DNA of 64,000 nt, taken from assembly GCA_028534125.1 (NCBI GenBank), contig JAPYYK010000045.1:248001-312000 (forward strand). Reading direction: 5' to 3'. This document shows positions 53,465 to 64,000 of the stretch, one piece after another. The notes beneath the pieces were generated by a model. It made no database searches. It saw only the letters and a program-made list of their open reading frames with translations, and had not been told where the DNA came from. Each line of letters starts with the position of its first letter. The first letter of the stretch is position 1. The DNA comes from Lama glama (Eukaryota). The position numbers and the translations under genes were made by a program.

Positions 53465-53644
53465 GGTGTGACCCTCACTGATCTCCAGGAGGCAGAGAGG
53501 ACGTTCAGCCAGTCGCGGGCAGAGCGTCAGGCTCCCGAGCCGCCTGGCCCGAAGCCCATGGTCCCCGGGGGCCTTGAGAGCAGCGCCCAGAAGCAGGAGG
53601 CCGCGGAGGGCCCGCAGCCCTGGGGCCGGGGTCTGGATGCAGAG
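53465..53644 (+). CDS. PPP1R12B: PPP1R12B exon 15 (right copy)
   Basis: ttcccag|GGTGTGACC...GATGCAGAG|gtgagc; mirror of 29990-30169. Confidence 0.95.
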
Positions 53645-54882
53645 GTGAGCCGCTTGGCGCTGCCCTGCTGGGCCCATCGGCCTGGCCTCGTTACCCTCGT
53701 GTGATCTCTTTCTCCCCTCAGGCGTTGGTTCCTGCTTTTTCCCTGTTTTATTGGGATGCGGTGGGCATATAACATTGTGTTAGTTTTGAGTATACACAGG
53801 ACAGTTTGGTACGTGGGTATACGGTGAAATGACCACGTGAGTTCAGTGGCTGAGTTGAACTCTCTGCCCTGGAAGGAGAGGTCCTGGAGGATAAAATGCA
53901 GATGGAAACATAAGTGCTCGCTGTTCGCTTTGTGCCAGGCGCTGTTGAACCACGTCAAATGTGTTAAAGCGTTTAATTCTGAATACAGTCCTCGGAGGTG
54001 GACATTCCCGTCCCTTTTTTAAACGTGAGGAAGTGGAGTCACCGAGAGAGTAGCTTGCTGGCGTTTTGCGCAGTGGCGCGGTGGCTCGCAGGCACCGGCC
54101 CGCGGGCAGGCTGCCTCCACGGCTCGGTGTGCTGCTCTCCCAAGAGTTTACGTGCGCCCCAACCTCACGAACACGACACCTGGTTGTCCCCAGACGCTCT
54201 GGTTACACCTTTCATCTCTGCACTGTCAGCACCAGCCCTTTCCGCTCGGTGCCACGTCCCCGATGGGAGGATAAATTTTGTGGCCACCATAGTTCCAGGA
54301 GAAGGAAGCCCTGCTCTAACCGTGGGCGGCTGGGCTGCAGAGCGCCCGCCCAAGGCTCTGTGGCTTACTTTGCTCGCTTGTCGGCTACTGTCTTCTGTGT
54401 GCTTAGCACTGGGCGCTGTTCTGAGCGCCTGGCGCCCTGTCGGCAAGCCTGGTTATGGCAGTTGGCGGGGTGCTCAGACCTGGTTCTCAGAGAGCTCCCA
54501 CGCCGTTTCTGCCCATTCCTGAGCCTCCTGCTTTGCGAGGTTCGCCTTGCCCTTCGGTTCCCCTCTTAAGAAGGCCGTGCACCCTCCCTCCTGACGTCGT
54601 CCGGCTTCAGAGGAAGTTTTATGACCCGGCGGGCGCTGCTTCCTGGGCCCTTTGGTCTGCTTAGGAATGGCCGTCCTGGGCTGCTGTCGACCTGACGGCG
54701 GTGCCAGCGCGGGGGTCCAGGGGCTCTTTCCTTTCTGGCCGATTATCCAGCTCGGTAGCTCTTCAGTGGGCATCTGCTGCTTGCGAGCCTCTGGGTGTGG
54801 AAAAGCCCGTTTTCAAAAAGCCTGGGTCCCTGCCCTTTTGCTGGACGTGACCTCTGACGTCTCGTCCTGTGGGTCATTCCAG

Positions 54883-55072
54883 CCTGTCTCTCGTCGCCTG
54901 AGGTGTCCAGCTCAGCCCGACAAGCCCACGACGCCAGCGTCGTCCTCTGAGGCCCGACCCTCCCTCTGCCCTGGTTCCCCTCTGCTCCGGGTGAGCAGCC
55001 CTTCCGCCCCAGGTCCTGGGAGTTCAGAGATGACTGTGGACGCTGCGACAGCAAAGGAGAGGGACAGAAATG
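54883..55072 (+). CDS. PPP1R12B: PPP1R12B exon 16 (right copy)
   Basis: cattccag|CCTGTCTCT...AGAAATG|gtaagg; mirror of 28562-28751. Confidence 0.93.
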
Positions 55073-55153
55073 GTAAGGAGGGCTTCTGGGAGTGTGGCCC
55101 CCCCGCAGCACCCCAGGTTCTCAAGACCTGTGCCTTGTGTTCTCTCTGGCCAG

Positions 55154-55266
55154 AGGGTGAGGAGGCAGAGTTGGATGACGCGTCCTCCCACAGGCTGACC
55201 GTCCGTGAGAGGAGGCGGCCCAGGGAACGCCGGAGAGGCACAGGCATCAATTTCTGGACACAGGAT
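55154..55266 (+). CDS. PPP1R12B: PPP1R12B exon 17 (right copy)
   Basis: ctggccag|AGGGTGAG...ACACAGGAT|gtaagt; mirror of 28368-28480. Confidence 0.94.
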
Positions 55267-56240
55267 GTAAGTGGGCAGGCCGTGCCAGGACTGGTCACAC
55301 TGTCTCGACCGTGGCCCTCATGCGGAGCTCAGGAGTTCCCGTCATGCCCTGAATCCTGCGTGGTCGGGAACAGAGCAGAGGGAGGCTCACCTGGGGTGTG
55401 ACTCATTTGGAAGGTCCCTGCCGTCCTGGGGCCTGGAGCGGGACTGAGCGCGGGGCGGGCAGGCAGCAGCCAGTGGTGAAGGTGGGCACATGGAACGGTC
55501 ACAGCTACCAGACAGCCAAATATAGTGAGTGGGGGAGCTTGTCTGACATCACCCCTCCTCCCGGGGTCCCAGAGAGTCATGAGGTCAGCAGCACCCCCAC
55601 ACGACGGAGCAGATTCTAGCTGAATGTTCCGGAGTGTGGTGAGAACGTGAAGGGCCTGGAGGTCTGTAAGCAGCGCACACTCACCCGGCTCACGTGCTCC
55701 CCTGACTCAGTTTTACTGCTTTGGAGGAAAAGAGGAACAAATGATATAAAACATTAACTTCGGCTTTTAAACAAAGACAGACGCTCCAGTGCTTGATTGC
55801 AAGCACACGTTCAGGACTTTGATTCACCCCCTTGTTCCCACTGTTCCCGCTCAGCTTCATGTGGGCATTTTAGTAATCGAGCGGCCAGCACAGTTGCCTG
55901 GTTACCAGGGACACGTTTGAAACTAGACAGGCCGCCTAGCGAGGCCAGAGGTGAGACAGTCCCAGCCCTTGATTAGCGACGGTTAGACAAGCGCTGCGAG
56001 GCCGGAGGACCAGGCTGTGGAGGTGGAGCCAGGTCTCTTTCGTCAGGTGCTCCACACCAGTCAGGGGCACTGGGCTTCCGACTGCAGGTGGCGGCCCGAG
56101 CCGGCCTGTGGCGACCCTCAGAGCAGCAGGGGCGGCGCCCCCGGCAGGCAGCACTCCCTGCCAGGGCACGTGGCTATGGGGCCGTGCTGCTCCTGGGGCT
56201 GTGACTGACACTCTTGTTTCTCTCCCTCCTTCCTCTCCAG

Positions 56241-56282
56241 GGGGACGGAGCCGATGTCTCTGACGATGTGAAGGAGATGTGG
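56241..56282 (+). CDS. PPP1R12B: PPP1R12B exon 18 (right copy)
   Basis: cctctccag|GGGGACGGA...GAGATGTGG|gtaagt; mirror of 27352-27393. Confidence 0.91.
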
Positions 56283-59200
56283 GTAAGTCGCAGGCCTGGG
56301 AGTGTCCCTCGAGGCCTCAGCCCTGCTCGTGTGCACGCAGGTTTCGTCGCAGGGAGAGCAGGCTCTGTGCGGGTCTGGCCCAAGGGGAGTTTGGAGGCAG
56401 ACTTCCTCTGAGATGTGCCAAGTGCTGGGTGGTGTACCGCTTTCTTCTTCTGTTCTTTTTTCGTTGGAAGAGTCTTCAAATTCTGTAGCGCTTTACCGTC
56501 TTCAGAAGTTTCGGGCGTCCTGTGTTCTTAAACGGTGTAACAATGGCAGGCTCTTGACCAAGCTTCCTGCTGCCAAGCCCTGGCCCAGTCACGAGTGTCT
56601 TCGTCCTCTGCGCGGGAGTGAGCAGTGTGAGCATCACACCGTCCACAGCTTGCTGGTCTCTGACTTTCAAGTGAGGCAGAGCTCTTACGGGACTCGGACG
56701 CCTAAGGCTGGCCCGCAGCTCCCCCGCGGCAGACGGCTGGCTGCCCGGATGCCTGGGCTCTCGTGAGCCACTCACGTGTGATGGAAAGTCAGTGGTTTTC
56801 TTATTGCTGCCGCTTTTCAGGAAGGAAGGGGTTGGTCCTGACTAAATGAGTTGAGGCTACATGTGCATTTCTTTGGAAATTATGTAAAAAGATGGCCTTT
56901 TCTGTTCCCTGCCGTCACATGACCTAATGCTCTCAGAATGGATTTAATGACCCGTACGGAAAAATCAGCAACTAGTCCGTTTTCAGCAGAGGAAATAGTA
57001 ATGCCCTGTTTTGTCGCTGACCTGCCCGTGTCCTAGTCCAGATCCAGAGCTGTCAGCGGTGGCCTCCGGCCCGCAGGCCCGTGGTGGTGCGCGGCGAGCT
57101 GGGTGGTGGAGGCGGGGGCTGCTTGCAGGTGCAGGTGCCACGTGGGGCTCCCTGGGCAGGCACGGCGTCTTCAGCCCTCAAGCTTAGAGAGGCGGTGAGA
57201 GACCGAAAGAGTGAATGTAGGAAAGTAGTGGGGAGTGGGAAAGACCTGCAGAGAGCATCTCAGTCATGATTACAGAGGTGGAAGTGGACCGTCCCCCACA
57301 GGGGCTGTGGGGCTGTTTCGATCCATAAAGAGAACCATGGGAGGAACAGCGAGGAAGGCCTGGTGGTTGTCCGGGGTCTCTGCTGGCCTCCACCTGATGG
57401 AGAGCCCACACCCCGGGCACCACGGGAGGAAGCTGAAGTGCTCACGGGGCCAGGCTTCCTGCTTACATTTTAGGACTGTTGACTTAAAGTCATAGAAAAA
57501 GATTTCTGATTTCTGGAAACGTAGACTGTCGATGTTTGACATAAAGTCAGACTGAACATATCGCACTCATCCTGTGGCTCGAGGCCTTTGCTAGTTTTTA
57601 CCGTGTGGCACGTGGACTCCTAGGCGAGCTGTGAGAGTGAGCAGCCCACCGTTGCCAGCAGCTCTGGGCACTAGGCCCAGCCACCCATGTGGCTCAGGAC
57701 AGACTGGCCGGGTCAGCACGGGGCCGGGGCTGGGGCGAGGCTTCCCTGGTCAATGTCAGTGGAACTCTCCCCAGCTCTCCTCCCTGGATGCGTGCTGGCC
57801 CGCCATGGTGCCCTTGCCGTGGCCCACAGAGCAGCAGGCCTGTCCCGGCGAGTCACCGCACCTCTGCCTGCAGCCGACCAGGGACTGGGACCAGGCTGGG
57901 ACCAGGCTGGGACCAGGCTTCTCCTCCACGTCCCTGTGCCCCCGCAGTGACCTAGAGGAGCCGCCAGGCAGGCCGCTCTGCCGGTCGGGGAGCACAGCCG
58001 TCTCCCCCGGGTCTGGCGCAGGATGCCTGTGTCAGCTGCCCGGGTCACGGCAGCTCCCGCCTCTCTTAGCCTGCCCCTGGAGGTGGTGCACTCTCATTGT
58101 TGAAGTTAGCTCTGCCCACGTCTCTGGCATGTTTTTTTCAGTTGAGAGACTGTTTCCAGTCGGTGTCTGCACAGACCTTATGTGCACCGTTTGATGAGTT
58201 CTGACAGTCGTACACACTGGTGTGACCACCCGCAGACCACCATCTCTGACCCCTGCCCGCGAGTTAGTACACCGCGTGCATGGGCTCGGTCTGGGACACT
58301 GTCTCACTTTAAGGGCAGAAAAGGAACTTCAGTGTCTTGTGTCTCCAGTCAAGGTCGGAACGAAAATGGTTTTTCCCTCAAAGATCTCACAGGAAGATTC
58401 TTGAGGCTCTCACCTGTGTGTTAGGGACAGCAGCGTGGTCAGGAGGACCGTCCTGCTGTTTAGCCTGAACCCCCGTTGGCGTCACCGAGCTCTTGTGTCT
58501 TTTGTGCCTGGGCTGGTGAGACGCAGCTGGCGATCACCCACGGGCGAGATGTGTGGCCGGAGCGGCCCTGACGCCTGGTGGGCAGCGTGGTGGAGGGCAG
58601 AGCCACAGGCGTTTCCGAGGCGTGATTGAGCGCTTGGGCCCGACACTCCGCGTGTGAACCCGGCGCGCGGGGACCCACGAGCCGGGAGACCGAGCGTGTG
58701 TGTCTGGTTTCTCGGCACCCCCTTGCAGACCTGTCCAAAGAGGGCCTGTCTGTTTGCCCGTGTTGCTGTCTGACAGTCTCCAGGCGTCTTACTGCAGCCC
58801 TTGTCTTGCTGAGTGGAACAGTTCCTCTAGTGGAGGAAGGGGGTCACCGCAGTCACAAGTGCTCTGTTCCCTTTGTGCGCACGTGGCAGGCTGTTTGCTC
58901 TGAGGTGCGTTGTGGGCGCCCTGCACGCGGGCGGCCTTCTGTTCTGTTCATCTTCTTTACCTGCGTCTTTGGCCTGCTTTCCTTTTGGTCGGCCCTGAGT
59001 GTTACCTGCTGCCTTCGGCGTTTCCCCCACGTGCTTCTCCAGGCAGACCGTGTCCCAGGCCAGCTGCTGGGTAATTGAATTTACCCCGAGAGGCAGCACG
59101 GGCGATGCTGGCGAACAGAGGGCTGCAGCTTGTGTTCAAGGGAGTCACTGAGGTCTCCAGTTCGGTGCTGTACGGTGGCTCGCCTCCTAAATTTGGGTGT

Positions 59201-62200
59201 CTTAGAATTGGGAGGGAATTTAGAGATGACCCGGGTTACGAAGCTCCTTTCACAGGTAAGAGAGCTGTGGCCCGGGGGGCTGGGACACGTGGGGACATGA
59301 AGCTCCCAGGTGGGCCCTGCCGCGTCCAGGGCCTCCGGGTGGCCTGCTTGGGGCTGGCACGCCTCCTCCGCCCCCTCTGCCATCTGGTTTTTACTGAGCC
59401 GGTTACCTGTCTGAGTTGACTTGCTTGTGGCATCTCACCTGCTTGAGTAAGGGAAGGTCGTCTGGAACGGCAACTTCTGAGGGCGTCCGGACTCCGTGGG
59501 TGGGCGGGTGGCGCCCCCTGCTGGCCTCGGTGTGGGAGGCCCTCGAGGTGTTTCCCACCTGTGCTGCCTCTTTTACAACCTGCTTCCCACTTGTGGTTGT
59601 TGAACCAGTGCTTTGAGCTGCCTGCTTTCCAGACCCTGTGTCGTCACACTGACACAGCCCACCCTTGTCGAGTTAGGTTATGGTGAAGAGGGTGAGCGAT
59701 GGAAGGAACGTGCTGGGTCACTGGCAGCTGGAAAGGTGAGGGCCTGTAGGGGGCGTCCTGTGGGGGTCAGGAGAGGCCTGTGAGAGGGTGTCCCTGGAGC
59801 CTGGACTGGGAGCACGTGCGCTGGGGGCCTGGCGGGTGTGTGTGGGCGGAGCGCTGTGGGCAGAGGGGCAGCGCTGGCCCGGCTGTGAGGTGACGTGCCT
59901 GGGGACCACGAGTGGCTAGCATGCCGGCAGTGGGCGTGAGGGCTCCGGCTGGTGTCCTGAGAGCGTGGGAGACACGTGTCGAGCTCCGGACAGAGGAGAC
60001 AGGGTGGTACTTAACCCTGAAGGGCCCTTACCCGCTGCTCTGAGACACACTGTGAGGGGTCCAGGTGGTCCAGGGAGAGCTGATGGGGTGCTGCAGGCCA
60101 GGGTGGCCACGCCTGGGAAGGTGCTGAGATGTCTCCGCGTCCTGGACGGGTTTGAGGTGGGAACCGGGAGGGTGTCTGGACTGGGTGTGAGGTGAGGCTC
60201 ACCTGGCCTTCCAGCTGAGGCAGCTGGGAGGTTGGCGTTTTCATTTGCTGAGGTGCAGAAGACTGGGAGGGCCAGGTGTGGTGGGGAAAACAGGCATTTG
60301 GGTCTGGCTCTCGCAGCGCTGCTTCACGTATCTGAGTGGTGTCCAGGAGGAGGGCGGGGTCAAGGTGAGAGGTGAGGGCCAACCACACAGCAGCCAACCC
60401 AGCCCCAGCCGGGAGCCAGGACGGGTCCCCCAGGGAGCACGTGGAGGCAGGGAGGCCTGAGGACCCAGAGTTGGCCACAGTGGCAGTTGGGACGTGGGGT
60501 TTCGGAACTGAAACAACTCTGAGCTTCTCATTTTAGAGACCAGCTGAGGCCCAGGGAGACGCGCTCCCGGCTGTGGCTGTGGCTGCCCTGCAGCCCGCGG
60601 TCACCAGGGCCTCTCCGTCTGTCGTGCCTCTTCCGTGACCCTCTGGGGTGACCCGGGACCAGACCCCGGGCACTCCCCAGCGGCCCTGAGCTCTCTGGAG
60701 GAGGTGCACCCCTCTCCTGGTCTGTAGGACGGGGGTTTCAGGTCGTTTCTGAATGGGGGCGAGGGTGAGCGCTGGCCGTGGAATCGCATCTTGTGGGTTT
60801 GAAGTTAAGTCACCCAGAGGATGGCAGTGGCTCGGGGCTCTGAGACAAGTGCTGAGGGCTGCCGGGGCAGGAAGGCAAGGCGCCCGAACTTAGCGCCTGG
60901 TGTGTGCGGAGCCGGGCGGGCAGGAGCAGGCCGCGTCCCCCAGGCTTCCCGCTTTAGGCCTGGTGTTCCCAGTGGCTCACTCCACGGCTCTTTGCTGCCC
61001 CCTCCTCCCCGACCCCACCTGCTCTGGGTAAGCAGTGGCCCTGTTTCCTCTTTGCTCTGATTGTCCACAGCTTTGCCTCTGGTCGTCGGCGGGTCCTGCT
61101 CCCTCCTGCCGCATTGTTAATCTGGTCACTGATCTCCTGAAGTTCCCTCTCTCTGGGAGGCCTCCAGGGGCTTCTGTCCATCTGCGCCCACTGGGCGTCC
61201 TTGACTCTCCATTTAGGTAAAATCCTTGGAGGTTTGTGCTCCCTTCTCTCTGGGGCCCGATGGCCTAATATGGTAAGGTATGTCCCGGCCCAGCCTGCGT
61301 GTGGAGAGCCTTTGACTCACTTTGCAGGCACGGTAGGTGAGCTGTCAGAACTGGTTGTTCGTGTAGAGAAGGAACATTGTTCACAAAACACCGTAAACAA
61401 TCATAATCTTTTCTTTTTTTTTAAGTGAGCTTCTTCTCCTTTTAAAAGAGTGAAAAGATAATGCAGATTTTCTCCCTCAGCTTTTTTATCTTTCGCCAGA
61501 AGAAGAGGCTTAGCTTGTCCCCAGAGTGAGAGGGTTCTGAGAGGTCTGGGAAATTTGACGATAATGCTCAGAGGACGAAAGGAGGGCGGGTTCACTGGGT
61601 GGGCTGTCGTGAGCCCCCAGAGCGGTGGCCGTCTGGGGAGGAGGTGGGGACAGGAGGACTGGAAAGCTGCCTCTGCCCAGACCCGGGAGGGTCTGCCCCC
61701 GACACGGAGACCCCAGGCGCACTGGCGCGTCTCTCCTCTCTGCATGTCTGTGCTTGCTTTGCGGCTGTGGTTCCTAGGATGTGGCGATGCTGAGTTTTCT
61801 ATATTTGGGTCATTCTTGTGCCTTGCTCTGGCCAAGCTGTATAAACTATCTGAGAACAAAGTTGCTTTTGGCATCTTCCTTTTAAGGACTCTATTAATTT
61901 TAGATCGTGCCGTTGCCAAGCAAATCTCAGTAATCAAAGCTCGCGTGTATTCCTTAGAGACCCTGTAATTTTTGGACTCACTGTCCCATTACATCAGTGA
62001 ATTCTGCTTTAGTCAGAAATCTTTTTTAAGATAGAATAAGTTGATCTTAGAGTATCTGTTTGGACTTGGGTTGAACGTCTTATTTAAAGATGTGGGAAGT
62101 TTGTCAGCTACCAAAGGTAGGGTAGTTAACCTCTTGACCTCTTTTTAAACCCCGGTTTCTTCCTTCTGCCTCTGACTGCCCTCTAGGTGTCAGTTTGTGC

Positions 62201-63558
62201 GAGTGGCCTGTGACCCTGTGACTCTGTGGGAGGGACACCGGTGAGCTCGAAACTGCTGGAGCTTGTTTTTTATGATTACAGAGGTAGCGCGTTATGCTTT
62301 AGGAAGCGCGTGAAGTATGGGAGAGTAAGAGGAGCATTTCGGGGGGTGGTGCTTTCAGGGGCCGCGGCGACGGGGATGGTGTGCGTGCACTCTGTGGGCG
62401 CACCCCCCGTGACGCACCGTCCTGCAGCCTCTGGGCCTCGTCTCCCTGAGTGGTCGTAGAAGGAACCTTTCTGTGGCCTGAGTCCAAAATCAAGAGTTGA
62501 TTTTTTGTATAAACTCAGTTTCTGGCAGTGGTGGCTCCAAAAATCCAACCACCGCGCAAACGGAGGAGAAGCGGTGACGCAGTGGTGCCCGTCCCTGCGT
62601 AGCTACCTCGTGAGCCGGCGTGTCCCCCAGGGCCACGTCTGGCTTCCGCCTTTTGGGCATTGCTGACCAGTCAAGCCCCGACTCCTCCGTCGTGCCTGCT
62701 CATGTTGCTGGACCAGAACTTCACACGTTGGAATACTTGTCTCCTCGTGAATCACTCCCCCTCCGTTTCCCCTTCATGTTTTAGTGTTGTTTCTGCATAA
62801 ATTTAGCTGAGTACTTCATGTAAGAGCTTCGTTTCCAGTTGGGGTGGGCGTCTCAGAAAACACTTGTCACAACGGGGGCTTCGTACCCCTTTAAAGAGCA
62901 GGGAGAATTGTCCGCGTCCTTCACGCACAAGAAGGTGCTGAAATCCTGCTGAGCCTTCTGCTGGTGGTTTTCCCAAGTTGTGCTTTTCAAGAACAGCTGA
63001 CGACTTTCTCAAGAGCAGGGTCCTGCCCAGCTGGGCGTCCCCAGGTCCACACGCCACCGACGTGGACGCGCTGGGAGGGTCTTCTGAGTGCTGGCTTCAG
63101 CTCTCTGATGGGAGTGGTCCTGTGCTGGGACTCTGCAGCCTCCGGGAGGCTAGCTCCCCTCAGTGGGGTCCGAGCACTCCCGTGGTCACTGCGGTCTTCC
63201 TTTCTCCGTGGGCGGCATGGCCAGAGCGCCTCCACCCTGATGTCCGCCTTCCAGCCCCAGGCCTGAGGTGCCGCGTCAGCGTGGGGTTTGTCTGCAGGCC
63301 TGCCCACAGGACGGGGGCGGGGGCACTGACGGTCATCGCTGTCCTGGGCTGTCGGGGATTGGGCAAGTGACCCGTCCCCATCTCCTCCCTCCATGTCCAC
63401 GTTCCTCCGCAGGGTCAGGAGTCAGGTAGCAGCCACTTACAGACACGGGTTTCTCTAATCAGGAAGCCGTGACATTATGTCCAGGTGGGTTCCCGTGCAG
63501 CCCCTAGATGCCGACACGGGCGCCTCTGCAGTACCTGCTTCCCCAGGTTTTAAACTTT

Positions 63559-63683
63559 TCTTTTGGGGGGGGTGGTAATTAGGTTTATTCATTTATTTAT
63601 TTACTAGAGGAGGTGCTGGGGACCGAACCCAGGACCTGGTGCGTACCAGGCACGCACTCTGCCCCTGAGCTGTACCCTCCCCC
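63559..63683 (-). mobile_element. Vic-1-like SINE, mirror copy
   Basis: Reverse complement of 19951-20075. Confidence 0.8.
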
Positions 63684-64000
63684 TGAACTGTTTTCTTATA
63701 CCGGGAAGCACACCGACGGCCCTGACTCCTGGGCAGGAAGAAGGGACACTCAGCCCTTTAGCAAACTTACAGCTCAGACTAAAACTCTAAGTGCGGTCTT
63801 GGAGCCACAGCTCTGCTTCTGTTTCTGAGGCTTTTGCAGGTCATAGAAGCATTTTAAGAGGGAAATAACATGTTTGGGTGTCACGTAACCAAATGAAACA
63901 TTCTGTGCTTCACGATGGTGCTTTACCTGCGGGCTGGGGGCTTTGGGAAGGGTTCGGCCAGATGGGTAGGTCACGGGACTGTCTGTGCTGACAAGTGCCA

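Larger units (their letters stand above)
41967..64000. repeat. Right arm of the inverted duplication (runs off the window)
   Basis: Starts TCCTGTGTCGCCGC at 41967, the reverse complement of the left arm end. The coordinate sum stays at 83634 throughout, implying no net indels. Confidence 0.98.

Noticed and set aside
54652-55401. 249-aa single-exon protein (and mirror 28233..28982)
   Set aside because: It is exons 16 and 17 read through the 81-nt intron plus flanking intron sequence.
27352-56282. PPP1R12B pseudogene or a new paralog
   Set aside because: Splice sites and frames are intact and the two copies show no divergence, so neither decay nor paralog status is supported.

Overview
GC-rich mammalian genomic DNA, probably camelid (two tRNA-derived Vic-1-like SINEs). 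It contains part of PPP1R12B (MYPT2, myosin phosphatase targeting subunit 2): five internal coding exons (human-numbered 14-18) and, on the minus strand at 12162-12263, the alternative first coding exon of the short smooth-muscle M20 isoform, with M-CAT, GC-box and CArG motifs nearby. The dominant structure is an apparently perfect inverted duplication of at least 22 kb (19634-41667 mirrored by 41967-64000; position x pairs with 83634-x). Its centre holds a 100-N gap and a 12-bp G/C-skewed minisatellite. As a result exons 14-18, a near-full-length decayed Tigger1, L1 and Charlie fragments and both SINEs appear twice, head-to-head, with no upstream exons of the gene visible between the copies. 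This is most likely an assembly false duplication; a real palindrome is the less likely, testable alternative. I found no supportable novel protein-coding system, and almost all ORF-track entries are noise from GC-rich intronic DNA. Comparisons with human MYPT2 and with repeat consensus sequences are from memory and need confirming by alignment.
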